Part shown: piece by piece, positions 1-12,840 of the stretch
Layout: each line of letters begins with the position of its first letter
Numbering within the stretch: the first letter of the stretch is position 1
DNA from: Trypanosoma brucei
Lineage: Eukaryota
NCBI GenBank assembly: GCA_000002445.1
Contig: CH464491.1
Span: 5,197,802 to 5,261,801 of the forward strand
DNA length: 64,000 nucleotides
Reading direction: 5' to 3'
Made by a program: the position numbers and the translations under genes
The notes under the pieces: generated by a model
What the model was told of the DNA's origin: nothing
Databases searched by the model: none
The model's input: the letters and a program-made list of their open reading frames with translations, nothing else

Positions 1-1129
1 TTTGTTTTGTGTTGCCCTGCGTCGGTACCTCCGCGTTTATGGCTTTGATCGCCATTATGTAACCGCCTTCTTCGTTATCTGCGTTGACTTCGAAAAAACT
101 TTTAACTAGTTCGTCTGCGTTGTTTGCCTCAGCTGCCGCTTGCCACGCCTGCGCCTTCTGTGCAGCTGTTGCCAGTGCTGCCCGAGTTGTTCTGTCTTTT
201 AGTAGGCCCTTTACTGCCGTTTCGTCCGTTGGTGTTTTTGTTACTGCTTGCCGCAGCTTGTTTGCTACTGCAGCGCGCTTTTCGCTGAGCGCCTTGAGAA
301 GGTTATTTGTGACTGCGGCCGTGTGTATCGATGGCATGTTCTGGAAGTCTCCAGCAGCTGCTACCTGTATTAGTCCGTTTAGTGGGTGTATTGGCTGCGT
401 TACACTGCTGTATGCTGTGTTTGGGTTTTCCGATATTCGGCATTTTGGTGCAGCTGCTCCGGTTGTTTCAGGGATTCCTGTGTCTTGAAGGGTTGTTTTG
501 ATTTCGGTTGCCAGATCTGTGATAACTGCTGTTAGTGTTGTCGTGTCTGCCGTGCCGCACTTTGTGTCAACGATTTTAGCTGCAGCGTTGCCGTCGTTGT
601 CACCGCCAATGCACCCATTTTGTGCTGTTGGTGTCGTTTGTTGGTGGTTTTGCAGTAAGTGCATCAGTTCATCGACACGGCCTGAAGCGTACATTGCTTG
701 TCCTACTATTTTGGTGTTCTCGCCTTCCCAGTTGACGAGGTTGCTGGTCGCTTCGTCTAGGTTTGTCGCCGCATACAGCTTGAACGTTTCTGCTGCAAGC
801 TTCAGCGCCGGCATTTTTAGTGCTGCTAGCGAATGCTGAAGGTACGCGTGCTTGGCGGTGATCACTGCATCTTTGCCATGCTTGATCGAGTCTGCTAGGG
901 ACGCGGCTAAGGCCTTGGCTTTGGACGAAAAGGCACATAACTTTGTCCCAACACTGGCTTTGATTGGGCGTTTGTCGGTCGCGCCTTCGATACCGGTCGG
1001 CAGCGCAAGGACTAGAGCCACTAGTCTCGCCTGTTTGCTGCTCCGCTGTCGCCAGTTGTTAATGCTTTTTCGCTCCACGTCGTCTTTTCCGGCATGTTGG
1101 GCTAGTTCAGTGCCTGTGACTGCAAACAT
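1..1129 (-). CDS. VSG: VSG gene, N-terminal part; the reading frame runs off the window edge so the 3' end is not in the window.
   Basis: Manual reverse-complement translation from the ATG at 1129 gives an uninterrupted frame to position 1: MFAVTGTELAQHAGKDDVERKSINNWRQRSSKQARLVALVLALPTGIEGATDKRPIKASVGTKLCAFSS...NGCIGGDNDG...KCGTADTTT...KCRISENPN... It is Ala/Thr/Lys-rich with spaced Cys, like VSG N-terminal domains. It is absent from the ORF track, presumably because there is no stop inside the window. Plus-strand ORFs 84-488, 498-839 and 852-1172 are the stop-free low-complexity antisense typical of VSG sense strands. A 70-bp repeat lies upstream at 1881-2125. Confidence 0.55.
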   Translation of the reverse strand, partial: MFAVTGTELAQHAGKDDVERKSINNWRQRSSKQARLVALVLALPTGIEGATDKRPIKASVGTKLCAFSSKAKALAASLADSIKHGKDAVITAKHAYLQHSLAALKMPALKLAAETFKLYAATNLDEATSNLVNWEGENTKIVGQAMYASGRVDELMHLLQNHQQTTPTAQNGCIGGDNDGNAAAKIVDTKCGTADTTTLTAVITDLATEIKTTLQDTGIPETTGAAAPKCRISENPNTAYSSVTQPIHPLNGLIQVAAAGDFQNMPSIHTAAVTNNLLKALSEKRAAVANKLRQAVTKTPTDETAVKGLLKDRTTRAALATAAQKAQAWQAAAEANNADELVKSFFEVNADNEEGGYIMAIKAINAEVPTQGNTKQ

Positions 1130-1880
1130 GTATTATAGTGATTGCTTGTGCTTTTTACATGGTATAGGTTGAAACAAAAACGGTCTGCGTCTGCTGCTGT
1201 CACATTCCATGAGACGGTAAACAGCACATAGGTAAAACGGAAATAAATACACATTTAAAAAATTCGACTCCCTATTGACAACCCCTTATTTAAAATCCCC
1301 CTCTGCCACTTTCATTCTGTCTTTTTTTCCAAATAGGGAATGTTCTGCCAGAGTAGCGGCTACATCCGTCTTCCTTTGCACATTTGAGTCTGCTATCGCA
1401 TTTTTGCCATTGATACAGCCATTTCAACTGCGATACGAGTCAATTCTGAGTAAAATACGGTGCATCATTGTCATCATTATCTCCTGTTTGTCTCTAGATG
1501 TATTATTTCTGTTATGAAAAATATACAGTCACCTCAGTCTTAATTTCCTCCATTTTGGTCATCTCTCGCTTCTTCCGCCGATGATGTAGGGGCTTGACGT
1601 GACCTATACACGGAATCTGTTTCTCGGTAATAATTCTCCACATATTTTCCTTGTGCATAATGATGCCAAACATCATATATGTGTTTAAAACGCACGTATT
1701 CACTCTTCTCTCTCATTTTCTTTCTTTTTGCATATTCCTTAATAATCTTCATTCTACTCTTCTTTACTCCCAGGATAACCCACTGTCCGACCAGCTCATT
1801 TACTCTTAATATACTTTAACCGTTGTTTTAAGTGCTTTTATTTTATTTCTTCTATTGACTATAATTGCTTCCCTCCTCTA

Positions 1881-2125
<245 letters not shown>

Positions 2126-2349
2126 ATAACTAATATGCATAAAATAATGGATACAAACAAAAAATACTTATCATATCACTAATTTTTTATCCTATCTCAA
2201 TACCACTTTTCACCAGGTTTATACAATTATACACGTCTTAATAAAATTTTAGATTTTCAGATTTTGCAATGTTTTTACAACAGTGTTAAAGTAACTCATA
2301 TTTTAGTAAATTTGGTATTTTCTCTCTTTAAAGAAAATCTTCTTGAATT

Positions 2350-3978
2350 TCATAAAGCTGAGCAAAAATTATAAAGTGCCACCAAACTCACAAAAGAAGG
2401 GGCCACGATAACAAATTTCTTATTAACTAGGATACTGAAATCACGGCATTTTGTTTTAGCTTTTCCCTTTCCATCAATGAAATCACTTCATCCGCAAACA
2501 GATTTCTTTCCCTCCTTCGGTTTACCTGGCGCCTTGGAACATTTTTCGGGGTCATTATACTGGCCACAATTAGGGTCTTCTCCGCTTGTTGCTCCTTCTC
2601 CTTTTCCTGCTTGGGTTGCTTGCTGTTCTGCTGCTGTCGCATTCAATTTGCAGTGGGGGCCATCTTTCGCGTCACCTCCCTCCCATTTGCACTCTCCATT
2701 GTTTTTGCAGTCTGTTGCTTTTTCTATTACTGCGCAGTTTGCCTTTGCTTTTGCCGTTTTGGGGCGCGCTCTTGTCGTGTTTTGGCGTTTCTATTTGTTG
2801 CTGGCGCTCGCTGTAGAGCAGTGTTTGCACTAGTTGCTTTTTGGCTTTCAGCTGTCTTGCCGCCTCCTTCCTTATTTGCACTGCTTGCTCGTGCTTGCGC
2901 AGTTGCTTTGCTATTGCAGAGAGTCCGTTGATCCACGGGATGTCCGTCACTTTTGCCGTGGCGCCCGTGCCGAGGTCAGTGTATTTTACACACATGCCTC
3001 CTCCCTGTTTTCCGTCGCAGTTCCCGTTTATGGTCTTTCCTAGTGTCGCTGCTCCCGAACGTCGAGCAATGAGCGCTGTAACCGCTGCTACCGAGTCTGC
3101 AGTAGTTCGCTCGTTAGCTGCGTTTTGGAGTTGAGGTCGCATAAGTTAAGGGCAGCCCCGATTGCTGCGGTTCCTGGGTCGGTGGAGGCGGTCCATTTGT
3201 TCGTTAGTCCTGTTTGGTATTCGCACGCTTTGACTTCGTTGTTGCTTGCACTGTTGTCGGCGATGCACACGCATATCAGGGTACCGGCGACCGTTTTGGC
3301 TGGGTTGGCTGCTGCCGTCCCCGAGCATGTGTTGGTTCGGCTGCCTCCCGTTGATGTGAACAGCTTTGTACCAGCCACCGGTGGTTCTGCTGCTGGTGTT
3401 TCTCCGTAGACGTGCTGGTTTATGAGTGTTTTGATCTTATCATCTGTCAGTAGATCGCTTTCCGGGGCTTTGGCTAATGCTAACGTTTCTATTGCTTCAG
3501 CCTCGGCGGCTAGTCTAGTGACTGCCGGTCGTATTGACAGACGCTGGTCCTGTGTTAGTCCCTGTAGTTTGTGCTTTTTTAAGACGTTTTGGTCTCCGGT
3601 TTTCTTTAATAGCGGTTCAGCCGCCTTTTTCCAGATCGGCCACTTTCCGGGCCAATCTTTGTGGTCCGTGAAATCTGCTTGCGGAAAGTCACGCGGCTTT
3701 TCCCTGGCGTCTGGCTGCCGGAAAATGTCAAGCCAGACGCTATCTGCCAGCGACATATTTAGCTCTAGCAGATCTGCCAGGTCTGTATCGAGCGCTGTCT
3801 CCGCCGATTCCAGCTTTGCGCGTCCATTTGCTAACTCGATTAAGCCACAGAGGGCTCCTCTCTCCCGCTCATTGTCTCCCGCCGCTACGTTTCCTCGCGC
3901 GGTGTCTGTTGTTAGAACTATGGCAATAAGTATCGCCACTTGTAGATGACTGCCGCGTCTTTGTGGCAGTGGCGGCAT
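2350..3978 (-). pseudogene. VSG: VSG pseudogene with an A-type N-terminal domain (ORF 3088-3978), a frameshifted C-terminal domain (ORFs 2672-3142 and 2427-2642), and a GPI signal in a third frame.
   Basis: N-terminus MPPLPQRRGSHLQVAILIAIVLTTDTARGNVAAGDNERERGALCGLIELA...LNMSLADSVW parallels the VSG at 25158-26687 (ARGNIPAGANEQEFGALCAIVDL...LNMSLADESW). The 2672-3142 frame contains KYTDLGTGATAKVTDIPWINGLSAIAKQL, matching IKYAGYDGTPTKDFAAIPWAQKLLAL in that VSG. The reverse complement of 2350-2440 translates to ...[33 protein letters not shown], a GPI signal. At least two frameshifts separate these pieces. No 70-bp repeat lies upstream; the ingi copy follows instead. Confidence 0.75.
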
Positions 3979-4962
3979 TACGACGTTTACTAGTTTCTTC
4001 TTTTTAAAGGATGTGCGTTCAAGCTGAGTCGTTGGTTTTTTTGTTACAGTTTGGTGCTATAGAAGATTGCCATTTGCTGTTCAGTGCCTTGCCAACCTTT
4101 TAGAGCAGCCACAGCTAGAGTTCTTTTGTTTAACGCTGAATCGGTAACTATTATAAAATGGAAGTGCTTATCTTTTGTGCTGGTTTAGTAAGATGATCTT
4201 GCCGCATTAAAGAAGATAAATGTGACCTTCTATGGGCAATCTCCATAAGTTAAAAACTAATTGAGCTTTTGGTGTCTTTTTTACACCTACAGCAGCCAAC
4301 GCATCCTTTGAACACTGGATTTATTAAATTACACTCACAAACGTCTTAAATATTGGTTTTAGGTATATTTTAACTCTTAATTCTAATATACGTCACTCTA
4401 TATCTATAACTATTGCATCTTTCCTTCACATTCCCAATTTCCTACCTGTTTGCTTTTAAAAAAGTTTAGATAGGTCTGTAAATGTAAAAAAATTAGAATT
4501 TATGATTTTCACTCTCTTCTATCAACTTATTCCTCCTATGTTTTTCCTGAACTTCGAAGAACAAGATAACACTGTTGCTTCTCGCACACGTGGCCCCTCT
4601 TTCCCTCTTTTTTTTTGGATGGTGATACTGAGTTCCTCAGACGTTCGAAATTGGAAATTTATGTGCTGACGCGTACTGCTAATCTTGGTCTTGCGGCTAG
4701 CCTTATATAAGATACGCTTGTTTTAAACTGTTTTATCGTCGGCCCGTATATCAACACGGATTTTTTGGTATCGCCATTAATTTTCTATACTTTATAGAAA
4801 TAGGCTGCGGTTCCATCTGCGTGAATTATTCCTCCCTCATTGCTTCTGCCAGTCGGGGGTTTGGTCGGCTGCCTACTCCTAAGTATTCACCGTACCCGCC
4901 GTGCTATATGCATTGCCTGCGCCGCTTCGATGTGTTTCGCCGTGGTCTAGTTTTGGCTTTAT

Positions 4963-5039
4963 CCCTCGCGATGCCGGCCACCTCAACGTGGTGCCAGGGT
5001 CCAGTACCCCGTATCATCGGGGAAAGCCAAGAGCCAGCA
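4963..5039 (+). promoter_or_regulatory. Pr77-like 77-nt 5' hallmark of ingi/RIME. In L1Tc this element is an internal promoter and HDV-like ribozyme.
   Basis: Sequence matches the conserved 5' element CCCTGGCG..GCCGGCCACCTCAACGTGGTGCCAGGGTCCAGTACCCCGTATCATC. The functional assignment is from the literature, not from this sequence. Confidence 0.6.
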
Positions 5040-5186
5040 GAGTTCCTTTCATGAGGAACACTGCTGTGCTCCGGCTACGGCATCATACAGCACAGGGATC
5101 AGCAGCGTCTTGCTGGGACACCGTTCTTCATTTGTCTGTCCCTGGGGACGTGCCAGCGTGCCATCAACAGTATCATCCGCACTAAG

Positions 5187-8100
5187 ATGCTGCTGTCCGG
5201 TGATGTGGAAGAGAATCCCGGACCGTCGTTGCGCGGGATGCAGTGGAACTGCGCCGGGGTATCTCAAGGAAAGAGATTAGCACTCCACAAAACCCTTGTT
5301 GATGAGCGGATCGCCTTTTGTCTGTTGAGCGAGACAAGGATGACGCCTGGAGAGGCGGCTTGCTTTAGCGTTGCTGGCTACCAACATCACGGAATAGCTC
5401 GTAACTTCAAAGGAGGTGGTGTATCAATACTAGTGAGGGGGGACCTACCAGTCGAGACCGGTATGGCCGTTGTTGGTCGCATTGAACAAGTGCATGCAAC
5501 AATTCACCTTGCACGTGGAACGGCGCTGACTGTCACGTCGGCATACATCCCACCAAAACACACCTTCACGGCAACTGACCTAGATACGCTTCTGACAACT
5601 GACGGTGCCCAGCTCATCGGTGCAGACGCTAACGCACACGCGTTGGCATGGGATCGCGCGAGCCCACCAAATACAAGGGGTGAAACCCTCACACAGTGGT
5701 GCATTGACAATTAGTTTCTGGTCTGCAACACTGGTGAGTGCACCAGGTACGCGCGCCACCACGGGGAGTCCACCCCTGATGTGACACTGTCAAGGAATTG
5801 CACAGTGCACACGTGGACATCGCTGTATTCTCCCGATAGCGATCACCATCACATATTTTTCGACGTTATCGTTGGAGACGACACAGATGCACTGAGTTGC
5901 CCGCGGCTTCGAAAGCCCATGTACGCATGGCTAAAAGCTGACTGGAGGAATATCCGTCTCAAGGTTGACGAGCTCTGCAGGAAAATTAATAGAGAGAAGA
6001 ACGTCAACACCCTGGAACAGAAATTGAGCTTCGCCATCCGCATTGCGACGAAGGTCTCCGTCCCCCGTGGCTGCAGAGCAACGGCATCACATTGGACACC
6101 TGAGCTCGCGAAACTCGATGAAGAGATCGCTGGATGCGGACCCTCCCACCGAAGGGAAAAGTTGGTAGCCACGCGTAAGCAGATCCTGGACCGTACCACA
6201 AAGAAGAGATGGAGCACGCTATGCTCCAGACTTGCGGTGTCAGACCGCTGCAGTTGGCACATTGTCAAGAAGGTATATCCGCCACGACCACTAACCACAC
6301 CGGCTGTACTTGTTGATAACGCGGCCATCACGGACTACTGTCAAGCTGAGAGGTTCATTAAACTGTACTCGTCCCGCGCAAGAAGGCACCCCGACTCACA
6401 CCCACCGGCACCAATAAAGACGATAGCGAGTGAGTTCAGTCCCATCACGATGGCTGAACTACGGAAATCGATCAAACAACTTCCGAGTGGATCCACAGCC
6501 GGACCTAATTGCTTATACAACGAGGCACTACAACATCTCGGTAGAACAGCGTTGAATGTTGTTCTGAGGCTATTCAATGAGAGCCTACGAACGGGAGTCG
6601 TGCCGCCTGCATGGAAGACTGGTGTTATCATCCCCATCCTGAAGGCCGGAAAAAAGGCGGAGGACCTCGATTCTTACAGGCCAGTGACGCTCACGAGCTG
6701 TCTCTACAAAGTCATGGAGCGCATAATTGCCGCGAGACTTAGAGACACTGTTGAGTCCCAGCTGACGCCGCAGCAATCAGGCTTTCGCCCCGGATGCTCA
6801 ACGCTCGAACAACTCCTGCACGTCCGCGCTGCCCTCCGCCGTCCCACGCACCAATCTCGTACGGGTGCTGTATTTGTCGACTACGAGAAGGCATTCGATA
6901 CAGTAGACCACGACAAAATTGCGAGGGAAATGCACAGAATGAAGGTATCACCCCACATTGTGAAGTGGTGCGTATCATTTCTGAGTAACCGAACTGGCAG
7001 AGTGAGATTCAAGGAGAAGCTTTCCAGAAGCAGAACATTTGAGCGAGGAGTGCCACAAGGAACTGTCCTTGGCCCAATCATGTTCATTATTGTCATGAAC
7101 TCGTTGAGCCAACGCCTTGCAGAAGTGCCGTTACTGCAGCACGGATTCTTTGCAGACGACCTGACGCTACTTGCGAGGCACACAGAGAGGGATGTCATCA
7201 ACCACACACTACAATGCGGTCTAAACGTGGTGTTACAGTGGTCAAAAGAGTACTTCATGTCTGTCAACGTAGCGAAAACAAAGTGCACACTCTTCGGGTG
7301 TATAGAGCGTCACCCCCTTACATTACAACTGGACGGCGAAAGAATAGGAGCTGACAGGACACCGAAGCTTCTAGGAGTAACATTCCAGTGTCTGCAAGGG
7401 ATGGCAACACATGCGGCCAAAACGAGACGCAAGATGGATTTCAGACTACTGCAGATAGCAGCCATCTCAGCTTCTACATGGGGGCCAAGACGACAAGTAC
7501 TGAGAGCTTTTTATCTAGCACTCGTACAGGCACACACCATGTATGGCATTGAGGTATGGTACTGGGACGCTTCGGAACGAAGTCGCGACCTCCTTGCATC
7601 AGCACAACACAAAGCCAGTCGCATCATAGCCGGCATACCACATGGGACGCGCAAAGAGGACTCTCTGCTGGAAGCAAACCTCCTGCCACTCAAGACGACC
7701 ACTCTTGTGCGCAGCATGAAATTCATGCTGATGTGTGAGTCACGAGGCGGATGTTTGCGGCGCAGTGCTGAATAAGTATACCACAGCAAACACCCAGTCA
7801 GAGTCTTACATTCCCGCATCATGCGGTCCTATCCCCAACTCCGCATTGAGCCACGCGAGCAACCACTAGAGACATCGACGCTCCGCCACAGCTGCCGACC
7901 GCTATTTCACACGCAGATAAAGCCTGTGTGCGCTGATGACCCTGACGATGTCAAAAGGGAGGCTTCCGAAAAGTGGATTGAACGGCATTTTGCACGGAGG
8001 GGGAAGGAGCCACCGCGGCGAGAGCACTACGAATTGTGGACTGATGGATGCGTGTCCCTCGGTGAGAAGTCCGGAGCAACTGCCCTGCTCTATAGAAACA

Positions 8101-9955
8101 ACACGCTGATTTGCGCACCCAAAACTGGAGCAGGGGAACTCTCATGCAGTTACAGAGCGGAATGCTTAGCATTAGAGATAGGACTGCAACGGCTGCTGAA
8201 ATGGCTTCCGGCATACAGAAGCACAACGAGCAGGTTGTCCATCTTCTCTGACTCGCTGTCAATGTTAACAGCACTGCAGACAGGCCCCCTAGCCGTAACG
8301 GACCCAATTCTAAGACGACTATGGAGGCTTCTGTTTCAAGTTCAGAGAAGGAAGATACGTATCCGACTGCAATTTGTGTTTGGCCATTGTGGCGTGAAAC
8401 GGAATGAGGTTTGTGACGAAATGGCCAAAAAGGCCGCAGATTTACCACAGTTGCGAGACACATGGATCCCCAACATCATTGCTTATGCGAAGCGAGTGCT
8501 TAGGTCGGAAGAAGTCTATGAGAACACTCATAGGTTTGGTATCACGGGCAACCACTTTCCAACAAAACCTAAGAAAGAAGAACTGACGAGGGAGGAAGAA
8601 ACGGCACTGGCACGCTTTCGGGTTGGGTCCTCAAGACACTATGGCTGGATGTTGCGAAAGATCAACCCGAGTGTGCCTCCACAGTGCCGATGGTGCAACC
8701 CGCAACATGCAGAGATAGGGCCAACAATACAAACAGCCCTACCTATTGCGACACGCACTCTTCAGAGAACCTCCGAACCGACCAAATGTACGGAATGTGA
8801 TGCCACATACCAATGCCGCTCGAGTGCTGTAACGCACATGGTAAACATGGCTTTGTGCGAGCTGATGCCCTCAGGAGGATCAAATACGGCGATGCAACAC
8901 CTGCAGTGGACATCCCCCCGGAGTCCCCTCCAGTGGTGGCGATCGTTCCTCTACCATTCGAGCACACGAGTCCAGATGAGACCGCAGGTGCTTCATTGTA
9001 CCCTCTGTACCTCCAAATTCGCAGTGCCAGGCCGACTATTACACCACCTTAGAACAATACATGGCATAGGCAGCGGTAGTTTGCCGCGTGAAAAGGGGGC
9101 GAGAGAACGAGGACTCAGTGCAAGGAGATGGTAGAGCTCCAGCAGCGCCAGCCTCTCAGGATACACGGAAGCTGCCGTTTCAATGTGACCTGTGCGAGCC
9201 GAGCTTCGGTACACGTTCTTCCCTGTCACTACACAAAAAATTCAAACATAAGAGCATAGTGACGGAGGACGGTACCGTGGTGGTGGTGCAACTCCCTCGT
9301 AAGCGTGCCCGTGAGGGAAACGTTGACGTCCCGGGGAAGGGCGAGGTGCAGTGTGGTGTGTGCCAAAAAGTGCTCAGTTGCAGGGACTCCCTCATCCGAC
9401 ACTGTAAGGCTTTCCACAAAGGTGAGGGAGTCGAGCTTAAATGCAGCAAAAGCACAAAATTGTGTGCCACTGATTCCCCGCATACAAACACATACATGTA
9501 CATCCATCTTGGTGTGCCCGACATGCGGAAGGCAGTGTGCTAGCAAAACTGGCCTCACCCTACATCAAAAGAAGATGCACGGTATGAAGGTAGAGCGCGC
9601 TGTTACCAGCCAACGCGGCGAATGCGAAGAAACGTCGCTGCACTTGATGAGCTGTCCCGGTTTGAAGGAGTTACGTGTCAGGTTTGCGGTAGAAGGTGAG
9701 TGTGTGCAGGATGTATGTTTCTCTAAAAGGCTGGCGCAGTTTCTCATTGCGGTTGAACGGAGCCGGCCACAGGTGAAGTCCTCACCTAAGGTAACAGTCA
9801 TACAACCCACTCTCCCTTCTGCAACTTCCCCCCTTATTGCCGAGTGTGGAGCTAGCAGGAAAAGCACCGGACGCAGGAATAGTCCAGACACCCTTAGAGA
9901 CAGAGGAGGTATGCAGTCAACAAGCAACAGAAACAGAAAGAGGGGGAGAGAATAA
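5187..9955 (+). pseudogene. ingi polyprotein pseudogene (2A, AP endonuclease, reverse transcriptase, RNase H, zinc fingers) broken into ORFs 5187-5714, 5781-7775, 7821-9134, 9088-9543 and 9305-9955.
   Basis: These ORFs are collinear with, and near-identical to, the 34559-35302 plus 35369-39535 ORFs of the second copy. They are interrupted by in-frame stops and frameshifts. Confidence 0.85.
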
Positions 9956-10227
9956 TAAACGAATAACAAAAATCAAAACAAAAGGATTGGTAATTGACAT
10001 CTTTGAGAGAGTCCGGGGTGGGGGGTTTCTCGCCCCATCTGCTGTATTCCGTTCAACTTCGGAGCTACAATAAAAAATTATAGAGAGTGTGTTAGGGTGA
10101 ATAAAAAAGGGAGACTCTGCCACAGTCGCCAGACCGATAGCATATCAGTGCTCTACGGTGATGGCTGATGGCCGCGCCAGTGGGGGGAAACTCCCACGAA
10201 GGCACGAAGAAAATTCCAAAAAAAAAA

Positions 10228-11255
10228 TGCCTCTGTTTTTCTGCTTCGACGAGCATTTTTTGGGCAGCAAGAAACTGTCCCACCCAGGGGAGTTTTGTAA
10301 TATCCTTGTTCCGTACGACGCCATTGTAGTCTATGCAAGCGGATGCTTCGTCTTGTCCGTCGAAGTCGTTGTTGGTTTCTCCGCCTCCTATCACGTTCTC
10401 TGTGTTTGCGCCGGTGGATGGTGCTGTGCCAAACAAACTTGCGAATTGGGCAAGCGCCGCGTCGATGGTTGATGGTGTCACATGCCGCTGGGTTGCTGAG
10501 GGTGGACACTTTGTTACTATCGTTTGTAGTGCTCTCTTAGCGCTCTGTGCTGTGTCTCCACCGCTGTTTTTGTAGCTTTGTTCGTTGCCGCCTGCCACAC
10601 ACAGGTTGGTCGCACCCGCTGAGGAACACAGGCAAGCCAAATCCGATGCTAGGCTGGCTCCCTGCTCGGCCGGACTGTCCTTTTTGCACCTGTTCGCGTG
10701 GTTGCCATATATGCTGTCGTCCGTAGTCTCCTTGTTTGTATCACCCGTTAGCGCTTGCTTCAGGTGGCTTCTTACACCGCCAGCCAAAGCTGTTATTGCT
10801 TGTTGTGCATCGTTGAGCCGTTTTCTGGTTTCGGCTGCTGCTGTTCGAATTTTGTCCATCGCACATTGTACACGCTGCCGGGTTTCTTCGTCTCCGATAC
10901 GTAAATATTTTGTTTTTGCTTCTGGTGTATGTGCCTCCAGCAAACTTTTCTTTTTTTGCTCCCACGCTTGCTTGTTGAACGTCGAAAAAATTTTTGCTGT
11001 GAAATTAACTGTTGGCAGCGTTACAATGTACAAATCCTCTATGTCGTCTGGCGGTTCAGGTGTGTCGCTCCGCGTTAAGTCTGTTGTGTTTGGTTCCGAT
11101 GTGCACAGCTTGTAAATTTCGCAAAATACAGAGAATTCTTTGCCGTTCTTTGTGGTCGCTGCGGCGCCAAGTTGAGCTGCCAATAGTAGAAGGGCCAATG
11201 CTTTTGATATGGCGAATATAGCGCATCCCGACATTGCATACCCGTATCTGATCAT
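10228..11255 (-). pseudogene. VSG: VSG N-terminal domain of about 342 aa, truncated. The C-terminal domain is replaced by the ingi 3' end, so ORF 10092-11255 is a chimera that reads into the ingi poly-A.
   Basis: MIRYGYAMSGCAIFAISKALALLLLAAQLGAAATTKNGKEF...CIDYNGVVRNKDITKLPWVGQFLAAQKMLVEAEKQRH, after which the translation becomes FFFGIFFVP..., which is the reverse complement of the ingi poly-A and 3' end. The VSG-derived part has a signal peptide and 8 or more Cys. Confidence 0.8.
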
Positions 11256-12770
11256 CCCTACCTTTCAGTCGTGACTTCTTAACTCTGGATGTTCAGAAAC
11301 AAAGTAAGAATCGAGTGCCCTTAGTGGCTACAAGAAAGTCCACTGCTTTTCTTGCAAGCTGCTGTTGATTATCGCCCGTTGCTTTTGGATTGATGAATAC
11401 GATTTATATCCATTCACATTATTTCTAGCCACCTATACCCCTCATCTACGAAATATCCTCTTTCGACACCCTATTTTTCCACTAAAATAAAAGCTTTATA
11501 TGCTCACTATTACTTTCCCCCACTTGAAATCAATACATAACATGAGAATCAAATAATAGATTAAGAAATACAGTCACAACCATCGTCGCTGTTGCGCCCA
11601 TTCATTTTTGTGATGTGGTGTTTTCTTTTGAGTGCACATGGTACTTCCATCCGCCGCATCATATGTTAATTTGCAATTTCGGCCCCCAGTTGTGCCGCCA
11701 ATCCCCCTTTATACTTTATGTGCTTTATGCTGTGCTTTGTGTATGGACAATTATGAGCATTGAGGAAGGGTATTTGACTCTATCTTCCTAGAAACTTCTT
11801 ACATTTGTAACTTAGATTGTCACTTTTGTTTCATTTGTTTTACTTTAAATAATTATCTGATACTTGGTGCTTTTTCGAAGATAAACGATAGAGAAAGCTG
11901 CAACAGGATAAAAGTCTCATGAGAAATGGCTCAACTATGGTGATTTATTCCCTCTGTGTTAGATTTGCTTGTATTGTTTTACGTCACCTCATTTCTAATC
12001 TACTAAATAAGCTATTCAAGTTGTGCCTACACACCTCTAATGGCTTGGCCATAGAAAAACAATGAAATTCTTAGTTCTATCGAATATTTTTACCAACTCT
12101 ACTTTATAGGGTGTTAATAAGGTTAAATGTTTCTACACTGCCTTTCAATGCAATAATTTTATTTTCGTCTCTTTTCATTTGCCGTTTCTATGGTTTTCCG
12201 GATAGTTTTCAACATCTTTAAATGTTGTGATATTTTTTTGAGCTTTACACGTATGTTTAGGTACAATCATTAGCTGCTTGTTTGTTCACTTCTCTCAAGT
12301 TCCAAATTCTGTTCATAGCTGCACTTTTACAAGAATTGTGCACAATTTATAAGCTAAATTCTCTACATTAGATCGGTTTGCATCCATGACGACGATTTCA
12401 GTAAAAATAATGTATTTTTCAAAGAGTTATTGAGAACATATTAGTAATAGTGGTTTTATATCTTTTGTACCCCTAGTGCTTGTTTGTGTAACATGTAGCG
12501 CTTTATGTTGGTCTATACATTGCGTTTTTCCAATCATCATTGTCCCCTCGGGGTTACGTTGTGTATCATAATACCCATCATCATGTTAAAGTTTGAGAGT
12601 ATGCATATTACATCTCCTTCATTTCATTTCCTTTAAAAATAATTATCCTGGACCCTATCCATCCATATTTTTCACTTTTCCGTTCACTTACTCACTTACT
12701 CTGATTGCGCTCTTGTCATTGTTTTAAGTTTTTGTACTTTTTTCCATTTGATCTTCACCACCACCTTTGT

Positions 12771-12840
12771 AATATTAGTATAAACACACTCACAACACAT
12801 TCATATCATTATCTTTACGTTTTTCACTACTTATTATAAC
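12771..12840 (-). repeat. Degenerate single 70-bp repeat, upstream of the VSG at 11255.
   Basis: aatattagtataaacacactcacaacacattcatatcattatc, same reverse-complement core. Confidence 0.7.

Larger units (their letters stand above)
4963..10227 (+). mobile_element. ingi: ingi non-LTR retrotransposon, degenerate copy with several frameshifts and stops. Poly-A tail at 10218-10227.
   Basis: The 5' end CCCTCGCGATGCCGGCCACCTCAACGTGGTGCCAGGGTCCAGTACCCCGTATCATCGGGGAAAGCCAAGAGCCAGC is the Pr77 hallmark shared by ingi, RIME and L1Tc. A 2A-like LLSGDVEENPGP lies at 5193-5228. The AP endonuclease domain (MQWNCAG...SDH) is split by a TAG at 5712-5714. The reverse-transcriptase domain carries FADDLTLLA, followed by RNase H (WTDGC...FSDSL...HCGVKRNEVCDE) and C2H2 fingers. 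The sequence is about 98-99% identical to the copy at 34551-39806 but has extra lesions: a TAA at 7773-7775, frameshifts around 8760-9130, and a 10-bp insertion near 9490. Confidence 0.9.

Noticed and set aside
84-1172. Plus-strand ORFs (84-488, 498-839, 852-1172) with Ala/Ser/Val/Cys-rich low-complexity translations. Similar ones occur at 13529-14659, 16077-17387, 25200-26532, 28070-28552, 31835-32287 and 43055-43633.
   Set aside because: They lie exactly antisense to VSG coding sequences. VSG sense codon usage (GCN/ACN/AAR-rich) leaves the antisense strand free of stops. There are no start-context or domain features, so these are artefacts and not genes.
10092-10227. The C-terminal 45 residues of ORF 10092-11255 (FFFGIFFVPSWEFPPTGAAISHHRRALICYRSGDCGRVSLFYSP).
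   Set aside because: This stretch reads through the reverse complement of the ingi poly-A and 3' end. It is a chimera created by the insertion, not VSG sequence.
4951-10240. Searched for 12-bp target-site duplications flanking both ingi copies.
   Set aside because: The flanking 12-mers do not match (copy 1: ttttggctttat versus tgcctctgtttt; copy 2: ttcaatccaacc versus tttttattgtta). The absence is reported under the two ingi findings and no duplication feature is claimed.
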